Positions 54,817-62,694 of a stretch of DNA of 64,000 bases are shown in pieces; the first letter of the stretch is position 1, and every line of letters starts with the position of its first letter. The stretch is taken from IMG/VR virus record IMGVR_UViG_3300028653_000011. One strand, given 5' to 3'. Below the pieces are notes generated by a model. It saw only the letters and a list, made by a program, of their open reading frames with translations. It searched no databases and was not told where the DNA came from. This DNA is from a virus (lineage: Duplodnaviria; Heunggongvirae; Uroviricota; Caudoviricetes). The position numbers and the translations under genes are program-made.

Positions 54817-55199
54817 GGCACTTTCTTCAGGTCAGCTGCCCACATATAGCCAACCTCGCCACCGAGGAGTACGAGCACCAAGCCCAGATTGGCTCCATTC
54901 CATGGAGCACCTAACCCGCATCGGGAAATGACGAAGATCAACCTCCCGTCGATTGGTACGGACCTCACACAATCACCCAAGATGAATGCATCTTCGCCTA
55001 GGTCCTGGTTGGTGTCGGGATCACGTAGTCGGACACGTTCAATGCTCGGGCTAAAGGCTCCAGGTTGGCCGCGCGACCCCATCGTCACCCAATCACCGTG
55101 ATCAAATTGAGTGCGGAGGGTGTACATCGGTTCTTCACGATTGTAAGGCCCATGACGTGGGCCTTTGCTACGGTACATGACGACTTGGGACGGCATCAC
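54813..55199 (-). CDS. PGD-family-like protein (array 1, member 9, divergent)
   Basis: ILGDCVRSVPIDG ... LIFVISR ... LGLVLVLLGGEVGYMW. Confidence 0.4.
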   Translation of the reverse strand: MMPSQVVMYRSKGPRHGPYNREEPMYTLRTQFDHGDWVTMGSRGQPGAFSPSIERVRLRDPDTNQDLGEDAFILGDCVRSVPIDGRLIFVISRCGLGAPWNGANLGLVLVLLGGEVGYMWAADLKKVP

Positions 55200-55519
55200 C
55201 GCGATCCTAGGCGATCATCCCACCAACCGTCGTTGTACGAGCCACCGTCGGGCCCGCCGGGCCGCATCGAACCCGGCGTGATGCCATGGCCACAGTCGGT
55301 GAAGCGGTGCAGGCGTTCCCACTGGTTGCCGTTGTTGACGAAGACGCCGACGACGACGCAGTCCTGCCCGTGGAGCGAGAACTCGGCCTCAACGCGCAGG
55401 GTGACGTTGGCACCCGTCGCGCGGGGCGGGTCGGGCGGAGCAGGCGCCGGCGTACGTACGAGAAAGCTGGCGAGTACAATTCCAGCTAAGCCCAGGCCAC
55501 TGATCCACAGCCCGTGCAT
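55196..55519 (-). CDS. membrane-anchored beta-rich protein
   Basis: Internal ATG at 55519. Signal-anchor LWISGLGLAGIVLASFLV. The upstream R-rich extension looks spurious. Confidence 0.4.
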   Translation of the reverse strand: MHGLWISGLGLAGIVLASFLVRTPAPAPPDPPRATGANVTLRVEAEFSLHGQDCVVVGVFVNNGNQWERLHRFTDCGHGITPGSMRPGGPDGGSYNDGWWDDRLGSR

Positions 55520-55634
55520 GATGGTGTTGTATGCCTTCACTTTGACACCTCTCTCCGCAACCCCCACCCGCGTACCACGCACGTGAAGATGAGGCTTCCG
55601 ACCACGGCGGGCGCCAGTGTTGCCAACCACGGGA

Positions 55635-55922
55635 TCACGCGGGCACCATGGGAGGCGGGGGCGACGTCGGACAGGTGTTCGGGTTCGACGCCTCGCACAG
55701 TACATCGCGCTCGGGCAGGGTGTACTCCGTCGTCACCTCATCCCAAGTGTCCTCGGGCACCAATTCTTGGCCCGTCGGAGTGGTGACGATCGACAGCATG
55801 TCACTGTCTATGTCAATGTCGACCGACGATGGTAGCTTACCACGCACGCTCCTGAAGGGTTCATCGAGCTGATTGATGTCAACCATCGGCGTCTCCTCGG
55901 GTGCGGGGTACCAAGTATTCAT
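55635..55922 (-). CDS. acidic hypothetical protein
   Basis: 95 aa, D/E-rich. Confidence 0.35.
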   Translation of the reverse strand: MNTWYPAPEETPMVDINQLDEPFRSVRGKLPSSVDIDIDSDMLSIVTTPTGQELVPEDTWDEVTTEYTLPERDVLCEASNPNTCPTSPPPPMVPA

Positions 55923-56118
55923 CGAGGCTGACGCCGTCCTTCAATGCCCACACGATGCAGTTCGGGCAGGCCTCAATGACCTTGCTGGTGGCGTAGAAGG
56001 TGATGGCGCGGGCAGCGTCCTTGAAGACGAAGTCTTTCGTCTCGATGTCACGGCCACAATAGGCACGACCGCTATAGCGTTGAATGCAGGCCTGCGGCGT
56101 CTTGTGAGGTGTGGTCAT
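55879..56118 (-). CDS. small Cys-containing protein
   Basis: C..C ... CPNC. 79 aa. Confidence 0.35.
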   Translation of the reverse strand: MTTPHKTPQACIQRYSGRAYCGRDIETKDFVFKDAARAITFYATSKVIEACPNCIVWALKDGVSLDEYLVPRTRGDADG

Positions 56119-56405
56119 GTGACAGCCGCCGACCGATTGCGCAGCGCCTCGAGCTCCCCTAGGTCATATGACCCGGTGTTATCGACGTCGGTGTCGCGGA
56201 CTGTCACCGCCGCATGCTCGGCAGTTGGGTGCGCCTGCATGAAGAGCCGTGCTGCCTCGCGGCGTCCATCGCGGACTTGGTTGGTCAGCAGCTTGCTCAG
56301 CGATTGTGCCAGCGGCTCGCCGTTGGTGTCCAGCGACATCGGATCGACGCCGGCTTGAAACAACCAGAGGTGGCTCATGGCCAGGTGACGGCGTTCAGCG
56401 CTCAT
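56115..56405 (-). CDS. small protein, SHLW paralog 1
   Basis: GGAGG 8 nt upstream. RRHLAMSHLWLFQAGVD, paralogous to 57596-57868. Confidence 0.4.
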   Translation of the reverse strand: MSAERRHLAMSHLWLFQAGVDPMSLDTNGEPLAQSLSKLLTNQVRDGRREAARLFMQAHPTAEHAAVTVRDTDVDNTGSYDLGELEALRNRSAAVT

Positions 56406-56658
56406 CGGAGACCTCCGGGTCTGCATTGGTGTCGTCATCGACGCCATCGTTGGTGTGGTGGCGCTGCTCCTTGCGGGGGTATTCGCCGTTCTCGTCGGGC
56501 AGTTGAAACTTGATGTAGGTCGGTGCGCTGTCGGCACCCTCTTCGGGGATGTTGGAGACGCAGATGACCTTGATCGGGCCCATGTTGAAGGAGAAACTCA
56601 ACGTCTCGGTACCCCGACGCGTCGGCCTGATGACATTGTTGACAACGATCTGTTTCAT
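56395..56658 (-). CDS. small hypothetical protein
   Basis: 87 aa with acidic C-terminus. Confidence 0.35.
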   Translation of the reverse strand: MKQIVVNNVIRPTRRGTETLSFSFNMGPIKVICVSNIPEEGADSAPTYIKFQLPDENGEYPRKEQRHHTNDGVDDDTNADPEVSDER

Positions 56659-57191
56659 GTTGCACGTCCTTTCTTGGCGGCCTTTTCGGCCTCAATCACT
56701 GCCTTGGGTCGATTTTTGGTGCCCTTCGGGCGCCCTTTTCCTCGTTTGCCGGGTTGTGGCACAGTTGGCTGCACCTTCACTTCGGTGACGATGAAGGGAC
56801 TGCCCTTCGCCGGCGCCAACTTGAAGCACGCCAGTCCGTCCTTGAACGAGGCCCACCGTGCCCGCGGCGACCTGAAGTCGGAGTCCTCATCGTACAGCGA
56901 CACCATGCCGGTGTCATCATCGATCGACCTGACGCGGCCGACGATCGTCTCCAACCACGGCAGGCCCTTCAACAGGGAGGTGCGGGTGTCGACGACGATG
57001 CGATCACCGACGTCGAACAGGACGACTGACGAGCCGTCGCCTAACACGGCGATGCCGTCCTTCAGGTGCTCGATGGGAGGGCGCTTCGACTGCCAGCGCT
57101 GGTGGCGTTCGGCGCGGGATAGACCCACGTCGGCATCGGGTTTTGAATCGTCAGCATCGCCGAGCGACCCTGACACAGGGGTCTCATTCAT
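56655..57191 (-). CDS. AT-hook DNA-binding protein
   Basis: C-terminus PQPGKRGKGRPKGTKNRPK. AAGGAG SD. Conserved promoter-like element just upstream. Confidence 0.5.
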   Translation of the reverse strand: MNETPVSGSLGDADDSKPDADVGLSRAERHQRWQSKRPPIEHLKDGIAVLGDGSSVVLFDVGDRIVVDTRTSLLKGLPWLETIVGRVRSIDDDTGMVSLYDEDSDFRSPRARWASFKDGLACFKLAPAKGSPFIVTEVKVQPTVPQPGKRGKGRPKGTKNRPKAVIEAEKAAKKGRAT

Positions 57192-57222
57192 TGCAATCTC
57201 CTTCGCAGCAGTTCCAACCTAT

Positions 57223-57258
57223 GATCTAACTGTACCACGGACGTGACCGAACTTACAC
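57223..57258 (-). promoter_or_regulatory. bipartite promoter-like element, copy 1 (GTGTAAG-N17-TACAGTTAGATC), reading leftwards
   Basis: Minus-strand sequence GTGTAAG ttcggtcacgtccgtgg TACAGTTAGATC, about 30 nt upstream of the SD of gene 56655-57191. Confidence 0.4.
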
Positions 57259-57444
57259 CCAGGAGTTGACGAGCGAACGTTCGAAGTGAGTCAGCATCCA
57301 CGTAGCATCCAGCACCTTGACCAAGTTGGCAGGGTCTTTCACCCCGTATGCTTGCCTCTTGACGCCATTGGGGAGCGTGAACTCGACCCGGTTGGTCGTG
57401 GGATCAATGACGGTAAAAGTTGTCGTTGCTGCTCTCTTCACCAT
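57253..57444 (-). CDS. small hypothetical protein
   Basis: 63 aa. Its ATG directly abuts copy 2 of the promoter-like element. Confidence 0.4.
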   Translation of the reverse strand: MVKRAATTTFTVIDPTTNRVEFTLPNGVKRQAYGVKDPANLVKVLDATWMLTHFERSLVNSWV

Positions 57445-57480
57445 GATCTAACTCTACCACGGTTCACCAGGGACTTACAC
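57445..57480 (-). promoter_or_regulatory. bipartite promoter-like element, copy 2 (GTGTAAG-N17-TAGAGTTAGATC), with upstream palindrome
   Basis: Minus strand GTGTAAG tccctggtgaaccgtgg TAGAGTTAGATC then ATG. Adjacent palindrome GAATTATAC-TCGAG-GTGTAATTC at 57488-57510. Confidence 0.45.
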
Positions 57481-57595
57481 CGTCCACGAATTATACTCGA
57501 GGTGTAATTCCTCGGGCCGCCCATGTGGGCGAGGTATGATACCCCGTCCCAGCACCCGTGACGACACGGTGGGCGGTCTGTGGGTGGTGGTTCCG

Positions 57596-57868
57596 TCACC
57601 AGGTGGGCCTGGCATACTGTCGGGTGGGCATGTCATCCCAGTCGTCCGGGGCACCCACGGGATGCGTGGTCGAACGTGACAGGACGTCACGGGAGACGCT
57701 TGGTGCGTTCCTGACGGCGTCTCTTCGCGCATCGTCGAGGAGGATCGCCAGTGAACCCGCGATGGCGGTGACTTCGGCCTCTGACTTGCCGTCATCGAGG
57801 CCCGTCTGGTAGATCCACAGGTGGGACAGCGCAAGGGTGCGAACATCGTGACGATTGTTCTTCATCAT
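57596..57868 (-). CDS. small protein, SHLW paralog 2
   Basis: MMKNNRHDVRTLALSHLWIYQTGLDD. A degenerate copy of the promoter element lies at 57869-57905. Confidence 0.4.
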   Translation of the reverse strand: MMKNNRHDVRTLALSHLWIYQTGLDDGKSEAEVTAIAGSLAILLDDARRDAVRNAPSVSRDVLSRSTTHPVGAPDDWDDMPTRQYARPTW

Positions 57869-57934
57869 GAATGTACAGTACCACACTTGACCACGGCGCT
57901 TGCACTCTGCGCGGGAGGGTGGTACAATTGAAGC

Positions 57935-58126
57935 ATGAGAACCACGTTGATCACATTCGTGGCACTCGTCATCACGTGTGTCATCGTCTCGTATGCCTGT
58001 GTCTACTCGCCGCCCAATTCCCTGCCCAACGGACACTCGCGGTGCGAGTACAACGCTGATTGTAGGCCACCCCAACAGTGTGACAGGGGCCTGTGTACCC
58101 TCGAACCCCATGACGTGGGGCGCTGA
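57935..58126 (+). CDS. small secreted Cys-rich protein
   Basis: Signal-anchor ITFVALVITCVIVSYA plus 6 Cys. GTGGTACAATTGAAGC (plus-orientation -10-like copy) immediately upstream. Confidence 0.4.
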   Translation: MRTTLITFVALVITCVIVSYACVYSPPNSLPNGHSRCEYNADCRPPQQCDRGLCTLEPHDVGR

Positions 58127-58517
58127 TCACGTGCGCTCACTGAAGTGCGGGGGCGTTGACGTCTACGTAGACAGCTATTACACCCGTGGCACAGGCAGCA
58201 CCTTCATCGGTGGTAACTTCTCGCTCGACAGTGCGATTGACTATGCTCGCCGCTCGCTTGAACTCCTATGGGGACCCAATCGTCACAGCGTCGTGGTGCC
58301 GCCCAAGGTGACAGCAGGCGGGCGCATTCCACAGCGCACGTTGATGATGTGGCTGCACTCCGACGAGCGGCCCATGGAACACCCAGGCGACGATGGATCA
58401 CACCTGTTCCTCATCTGGTTTGCTGACGATGATCCCATCGATGCACTGCAGGACGCGGTGCGGCACCTCGATGGCATGGGTGGCTGGTGGCCACACGCGA
58501 AGGGTTACGTGCTATGA
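58110..58517 (+). CDS. hypothetical protein
   Basis: Internal ATG of track ORF 57978-58517, overlapping the upstream stop. 135 aa. Confidence 0.4.
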   Translation: MTWGADHVRSLKCGGVDVYVDSYYTRGTGSTFIGGNFSLDSAIDYARRSLELLWGPNRHSVVVPPKVTAGGRIPQRTLMMWLHSDERPMEHPGDDGSHLFLIWFADDDPIDALQDAVRHLDGMGGWWPHAKGYVL

Positions 58518-58708
58518 GCACCGGCGATAGGTTGAGACAACTGGCGATGGCGTGGCGCAAACAAGTGGCTAGCGATGCGTTGAGTCACGTGGGTAGCAAT
58601 AGCGAGATCCGCCGGGCGAGGGGCGAACGCCTGCTGATGTGCGCAGGCGAACTTGAGGCGCTGGCGAGAGAAGTCGACAAGGCAGTCACGTCAACCGATT
58701 GCTCCTGA
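58514..58708 (+). CDS. small hypothetical protein
   Basis: ATGA-coupled. 64 aa. Confidence 0.3.
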   Translation: MSTGDRLRQLAMAWRKQVASDALSHVGSNSEIRRARGERLLMCAGELEALAREVDKAVTSTDCS

Positions 58709-58961
58709 TGTAGCAGGTGCGGCCTACACACACGATCTGGCAATACGAGTGGTGTACCCCCGACATGGTGATGACTGCCAACACTAGCGCTAGTTCACCA
58801 TTGCACCACACGCTGCGCGCCACGACTCCCGCGCCGTATCCTACAGTATAGAACGGAAACGGGCGGGTGTAGCCCCAGCCCTTGGCCACGTACAGTTCCC
58901 CGGGTTTGCGGATCAAGTCAACGTCAGGGGTATTGAGTTCAGTGGGCATGCACGTCCTCAA
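58686..58961 (-). CDS. PGD-family small protein (array 2, member 1)
   Basis: RKPGELYVAKGWGY ... GVVARSV ... LALVLAVI. Confidence 0.4.
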   Translation of the reverse strand: MRTCMPTELNTPDVDLIRKPGELYVAKGWGYTRPFPFYTVGYGAGVVARSVWCNGELALVLAVITMSGVHHSYCQIVCVGRTCYIRSNRLT

Positions 58962-59247
58962 AGAATTGGTGATAGCCCCAACCCAGCTTGCCTGTCGGTG
59001 TCAACACCAACACCTCGAGCGTGCCATTGGAGTTCACCGCGACGGCGACAGCTAACACCACTTTGAGTGGCTCTATGCGATCGATGATTGGGTTGGCACT
59101 GAGTGCAGAGATGCCTATGCGCGCGCTGACGTTGACATAAGAGTCCTGATCAGGCAACCTGCTGCGTATGCGAACCAGCATGCCTGGGAGAATGCGGCCA
59201 TGCGGCGCCATCACCTCACCAACCACTTCAACACCCCGATGTACCAT
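58939..59247 (-). CDS. PGD-family small protein (array 2, member 2)
   Basis: Internal ATG. ILPGMLVRIRS ... VVLAVAVAV ... VLVLTPTGKLGWGY. Confidence 0.45.
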   Translation of the reverse strand: MVHRGVEVVGEVMAPHGRILPGMLVRIRSRLPDQDSYVNVSARIGISALSANPIIDRIEPLKVVLAVAVAVNSNGTLEVLVLTPTGKLGWGYHQFFEDVHAH

Positions 59248-59516
59248 GCTTGGCGAAAGTCGCAGGTCCAGTACCAGTAGGGGCTGGTGCACCCGCCGCC
59301 CAAGTATTCTCGACCGTGACCCATAATTTTGCCGCGCCCGTCCTTGACCCATGACTCATTGCTGGTGAGGGTGCGGTCACATGCCGGGCACGTCAATTCT
59401 GTGTTGATGAAGTACGTCATCTCTGCACCGTGCGCACGTTCTTGCTCCATACCCAACCCAGCGTGTTCTTCGACGTCAAGATCAACACTTCTTCCGGCGG
59501 GATGCGAGGCTGACAA
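59211..59516 (-). CDS. small Cys-rich protein (zinc-ribbon-like)
   Basis: CPACDRT ... GGGCTSPYWYWTCD. 101 aa. Confidence 0.35.
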   Translation of the reverse strand: MSASHPAGRSVDLDVEEHAGLGMEQERAHGAEMTYFINTELTCPACDRTLTSNESWVKDGRGKIMGHGREYLGGGCTSPYWYWTCDFRQAWYIGVLKWLVR

Positions 59517-59683
59517 ACGTTGATGACGAGCGCGATGTCACTTGCGTGCAGGAAGCCGACGCCAAGATTGTCCTCCGTTCGCATGCCCGGATACTGCGTC
59601 ATGCAACACCGATAGTCGTAGTCATACCCAACCAGCAGGGTGACGAGTGAGCCGGGCGTGATCACGGGCGGTGAAGGTTGCAC
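59417..59683 (-). CDS. PGD-family small protein (array 2, member 3)
   Basis: ITPGSLVTLLVG ... ALVINVCQ ... LILTSKNTLGWVW. Confidence 0.5.
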   Translation of the reverse strand: MQPSPPVITPGSLVTLLVGYDYDYRCCMTQYPGMRTEDNLGVGFLHASDIALVINVCQPRIPPEEVLILTSKNTLGWVWSKNVRTVQR

Positions 59684-59976
59684 TGATCACGGGGAATGTC
59701 GCAGTTGCAATTGCCGGGAGCGACGCGCCGCCTGAACAGCTTCCAGATGCGCTCCTCCTCGTGATCGACCTGTGGTTCACCCACCACGACGGCGAGCTCA
59801 ACGTTCTCAATTGGTTCACCATCGATGATTTCAAAGCGATTGCGATTCCAATACCCAGGCACGTCGACGAGCGTGTAGACGCGCGTGGCACCATCATCTT
59901 CGAGGACGCTGTAGACGTGACCCTCGGTCAGCTTGTCGGAGGCCAACCCACTGACATCAATGCACTTGACCTTCAT
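59662..59976 (-). CDS. small hypothetical protein (possibly a distant family member)
   Basis: 104 aa. HVYSVLEDDG ... VYTLVDVPGYW. Confidence 0.35.
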   Translation of the reverse strand: MKVKCIDVSGLASDKLTEGHVYSVLEDDGATRVYTLVDVPGYWNRNRFEIIDGEPIENVELAVVVGEPQVDHEEERIWKLFRRRVAPGNCNCDIPRDQCNLHRP

Positions 59977-60013
59977 GGTTCAATCCTATGCCAATTGCAG
60001 GGCACTTTGCACC

Positions 60014-60292
60014 TCACACCGGACACAACTTGCGCGCATCGATCCACCCCAAGATCCCACCCACCATGACCAGCGTTTCAGGACGCCATGCTACGTCTGG
60101 CTCAACGTAGATGATGAAGGCAACATCGATGTCTGGTAACATTTCGTAGAGAACAGGATTGTCGCCGTGAACCACGCCCCTTTTCGGAGTGACGCGTTTG
60201 ATGCCCTCCGTTCGGCTAGTGACAAAGGTGCCGGGCACAAGGCGAGTAGTGCTCATTTCGACACCACGTTGAGCCATGATTGACTCATCCAA
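60014..60292 (-). CDS. PGD-family small protein (array 2, member 5)
   Basis: LVPGTFVTSRT ... AFIIYVEPD ... LVMVGGILGWI. Confidence 0.5.
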   Translation of the reverse strand: MDESIMAQRGVEMSTTRLVPGTFVTSRTEGIKRVTPKRGVVHGDNPVLYEMLPDIDVAFIIYVEPDVAWRPETLVMVGGILGWIDARKLCPV

Positions 60293-60546
60293 CCTACCCT
60301 GTTCAACGCTGACACGTAGACGATGACCTCGAGAGTATATGAGTCCGACGCACCTAGAATGAGCACCAACGAGCCGAGCGCGATCGCCGTGGGGATGTTA
60401 CCGTAATCACTGTCACTGATCGTGCCACGTGGCCACAACTGACACCACACGCGCGTCACTGCTAGTTGGCCGATCAACGCGACGGATACAGTGTTCACCG
60501 GCGCTCCAAGTGCTCGACGCGTTGAATCACCGACGTGTAGATCCAA
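60253..60546 (-). CDS. PGD-family small protein (array 2, member 6)
   Basis: ALGSLVLILGAS ... EVIVYVSALNRVGWM. Confidence 0.45.
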   Translation of the reverse strand: MDLHVGDSTRRALGAPVNTVSVALIGQLAVTRVWCQLWPRGTISDSDYGNIPTAIALGSLVLILGASDSYTLEVIVYVSALNRVGWMSQSWLNVVSK

Positions 60547-60752
60547 CCCACCGCGCTAGTTAGTGACTCAATGACCTGTGCCCGTCGGTCGCCGCCGGTA
60601 TCGAACGTAATCGCAATGACAAGACCAAAGTTGAAGTCACACAGGCGTCGTCTATGTCCCATATCACCATAGACGCCCGGACGCCAAGAAGACGCGTGAA
60701 GTGATGTCGGGTACCAGATCAGGTCACCAGGATGGAAAATGCGGGTCACCAC
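60495..60752 (-). CDS. PGD-family small protein (array 2, member 7)
   Basis: FHPGDLIWYPTS ... GLVIAITFD ... VIESLTSAVGWIY. Confidence 0.5.
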   Translation of the reverse strand: MVTRIFHPGDLIWYPTSLHASSWRPGVYGDMGHRRRLCDFNFGLVIAITFDTGGDRRAQVIESLTSAVGWIYTSVIQRVEHLERR

Positions 60753-60756
60753 AATC

Positions 60757-61074
60757 TTATCCTACACCGACAACTATTTCGGTTACACCGTGCCAGTGGG
60801 TGCCACGTCCCATCACCTCTTCACTGATTTCGTGAATGTACAGACGACCGCGCATTAATAGGATCAATTCGATTACGTCGTCGGACCGCAATCTTCGCCT
60901 GCTGATGATCATGGCAAGGGTGTCTGCGTTGAACACCGTGAACCTGCCCAGCGTGAAGTGATTGAGAGGTCGATTATCAACGAGTCGTGCATGCATCATC
61001 GTCAGGGAAGTGATGAGGTCACCCGGTTCAAACTTCATGGGGTGATCACCTTGATGAAGGTGCTGTTGATCCAA
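60757..61074 (-). CDS. PGD-family small protein (array 2, member 8)
   Basis: FEPGDLITSLTMM ... LAMIISRR ... ELILLMRGRLYI. Confidence 0.5.
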   Translation of the reverse strand: MDQQHLHQGDHPMKFEPGDLITSLTMMHARLVDNRPLNHFTLGRFTVFNADTLAMIISRRRLRSDDVIELILLMRGRLYIHEISEEVMGRGTHWHGVTEIVVGVG

Positions 61075-61340
61075 CCCATGCCCTGCGCGGTGACGATGAA
61101 GACATAATGTCCCATCACCGTCGCCATAACTGTGCTAGCGACGATTCCGACGTAGAGCGAATCAATGTACGTGTAATGACTGTCGTACACGTGGCCGGAT
61201 ACATCCGTATGAACGATGATGCACACGTCGCCCGGATAGTATGCGTGTCCCATGATGCGCGGGGGCAGTGCCGTCCACGAATAACCTGGGTGCCTGAAGG
61301 TCACCAGCGCGCCCGGTGTGGCCTGAGCGGGGGTGATCAT
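61035..61340 (-). CDS. PGD-family small protein (array 2, member 9)
   Basis: Internal ATG with ATGA overlap. ATPGALVTFRHPG ... VCIIVHTD ... FIVTAQGMGWI. Confidence 0.45.
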   Translation of the reverse strand: MITPAQATPGALVTFRHPGYSWTALPPRIMGHAYYPGDVCIIVHTDVSGHVYDSHYTYIDSLYVGIVASTVMATVMGHYVFIVTAQGMGWINSTFIKVITP

Positions 61341-61609
61341 GCGCGCACCAGGTCGGTGGGAAACACCCACCCCACGCGATGGCCGAGCAAGACACAGATC
61401 CATTGAGTGCCTGGTGAAAAGATGTGGGATACGTCCTTCACGTAATTGATGACGAGGCACCGTTTACCACGGCGATACCATCGGAGGCCACTACTATTTT
61501 CCCCGGGATGAGTGATCCTGACTGCAACATCCTCGCCGTGTCGCCGCGCGTGCGACGACCCATGGAGGCAACACAGCGTCCCGGGCAGGAATTGCTCCTC
61601 ATGGGTCAT
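61337..61609 (-). CDS. PGD-family small protein (array 2, member 10)
   Basis: FLPGTLCCLHGS ... CLVINYVKD ... ICVLLGHRVGWVF. Confidence 0.5.
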   Translation of the reverse strand: MTHEEQFLPGTLCCLHGSSHARRHGEDVAVRITHPGENSSGLRWYRRGKRCLVINYVKDVSHIFSPGTQWICVLLGHRVGWVFPTDLVRA

Positions 61610-61662
61610 CGAGTTCTTTTCATCCTATCACACCATGGCGTCGACTTGCACGGTACACTCAA

Positions 61663-61938
61663 TCAGAGCGGTTCCAGGTCAGTAAGAAAGACCCAACCCA
61701 GCGAGGCATCGGCAAATAACAAGCAGACCCATCTCGTGGATGACAGGCCAAACCGCCAACTGTTGATGACCAGACACACCACGCCAGCAGCATACCAGAC
61801 GACGACGCGTTCCATCGGCAGGCCTTGGTGGGTGCCCAGATCGGGGTGCACGATCCGAACGGCAATCTTGTCACCATAGTCTCTTCGGAGGCACGCTAGT
61901 GTGCCGGGCAGCAACTTCTCCTCGTTGGTCATTGTCAT
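61663..61938 (-). CDS. PGD-family small protein (array 2, member 11; close paralog of member 10)
   Basis: Internal ATG with ATGA overlap. LLPGTLACLRRD ... CLVINSWRF ... VCLLFADASLGWVF. Confidence 0.5.
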   Translation of the reverse strand: MTMTNEEKLLPGTLACLRRDYGDKIAVRIVHPDLGTHQGLPMERVVVWYAAGVVCLVINSWRFGLSSTRWVCLLFADASLGWVFLTDLEPL

Positions 61939-62150
61939 CTGTTTTCGAGGAAGTACACTGAAACCCAAACCAAGCGCTCCGCGTGCAGGACGAGAACATA
62001 GTCCAGGAGGGCGTCCCATTGCTGAACAATGAGGCACGCGTCACCTGCCTCGTGTGCGTGTCCCAGCGCCAACGTCTTGCGATCTTTCCACCCAATCCAC
62101 GCGTGCATGAAGACTGCCAGCATTCCGGGAATGACGTCATGCGGCGTCAT
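61935..62150 (-). CDS. PGD-family small protein (array 2, member 12)
   Basis: VIPGMLAVFMHA ... ACLIVQQWD ... LVLHAERLVWV. Confidence 0.5.
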   Translation of the reverse strand: MTPHDVIPGMLAVFMHAWIGWKDRKTLALGHAHEAGDACLIVQQWDALLDYVLVLHAERLVWVSVYFLENR

Positions 62151-62422
62151 GCCAACACCAAGTCACTGTCGAAGATCCACCCAACAATGCCGTCTGACGT
62201 TAGCACACAGATCCACCAGATGTTGGCTGACCACACGTAGTCAATGATCAAACCAGCAGTGCCACACCGGGCATATATCACCAGTGATGGTACCTCATCT
62301 TTGGGGTGCCTAGTGCGGATGCTGACCGTTACCAACTTCCTCTTATTGTAGAGAAAGATCAACGTCCCACGTGCATGGATCGTAGGCTGCACAAAGGGTG
62401 CTGGGGTTGGTGTGGAGATCAT
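62147..62422 (-). CDS. PGD-family small protein (array 2, member 13)
   Basis: ARGTLIFLYNK ... GLIIDYVWS ... ICVLTSDGIVGWIF. Confidence 0.5.
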   Translation of the reverse strand: MISTPTPAPFVQPTIHARGTLIFLYNKRKLVTVSIRTRHPKDEVPSLVIYARCGTAGLIIDYVWSANIWWICVLTSDGIVGWIFDSDLVLA

Positions 62423-62694
62423 GGAACATCACTCGTCTTCGCTATGCGAACGGCGCGGAAGATCGCTCCGATCACGTGGCTGCCTTCGAGCGCGCGAGAT
62501 AACCCATTACAGTTCAACCACGTCAGGATGCCTTCGGCGCGGGCGACCAACAGGTTAACGCCACCGATGAGCACGAAGCGATGCTCGACGGATGACCATA
62601 TCTCTTCATGCGTGACAACCTCATTGCCGTTACGGGTGTACACCCACTTGATGAGGTCGCCGGGCTTCAATTCACTCGGCGTCATCAGGTGCAA
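62419..62694 (-). CDS. PGD-family small protein (array 2, member 14)
   Basis: LKPGDLIKWVYT ... FVLIGGVN ... GILTWLN. Confidence 0.5.
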   Translation of the reverse strand: MHLMTPSELKPGDLIKWVYTRNGNEVVTHEEIWSSVEHRFVLIGGVNLLVARAEGILTWLNCNGLSRALEGSHVIGAIFRAVRIAKTSDVP

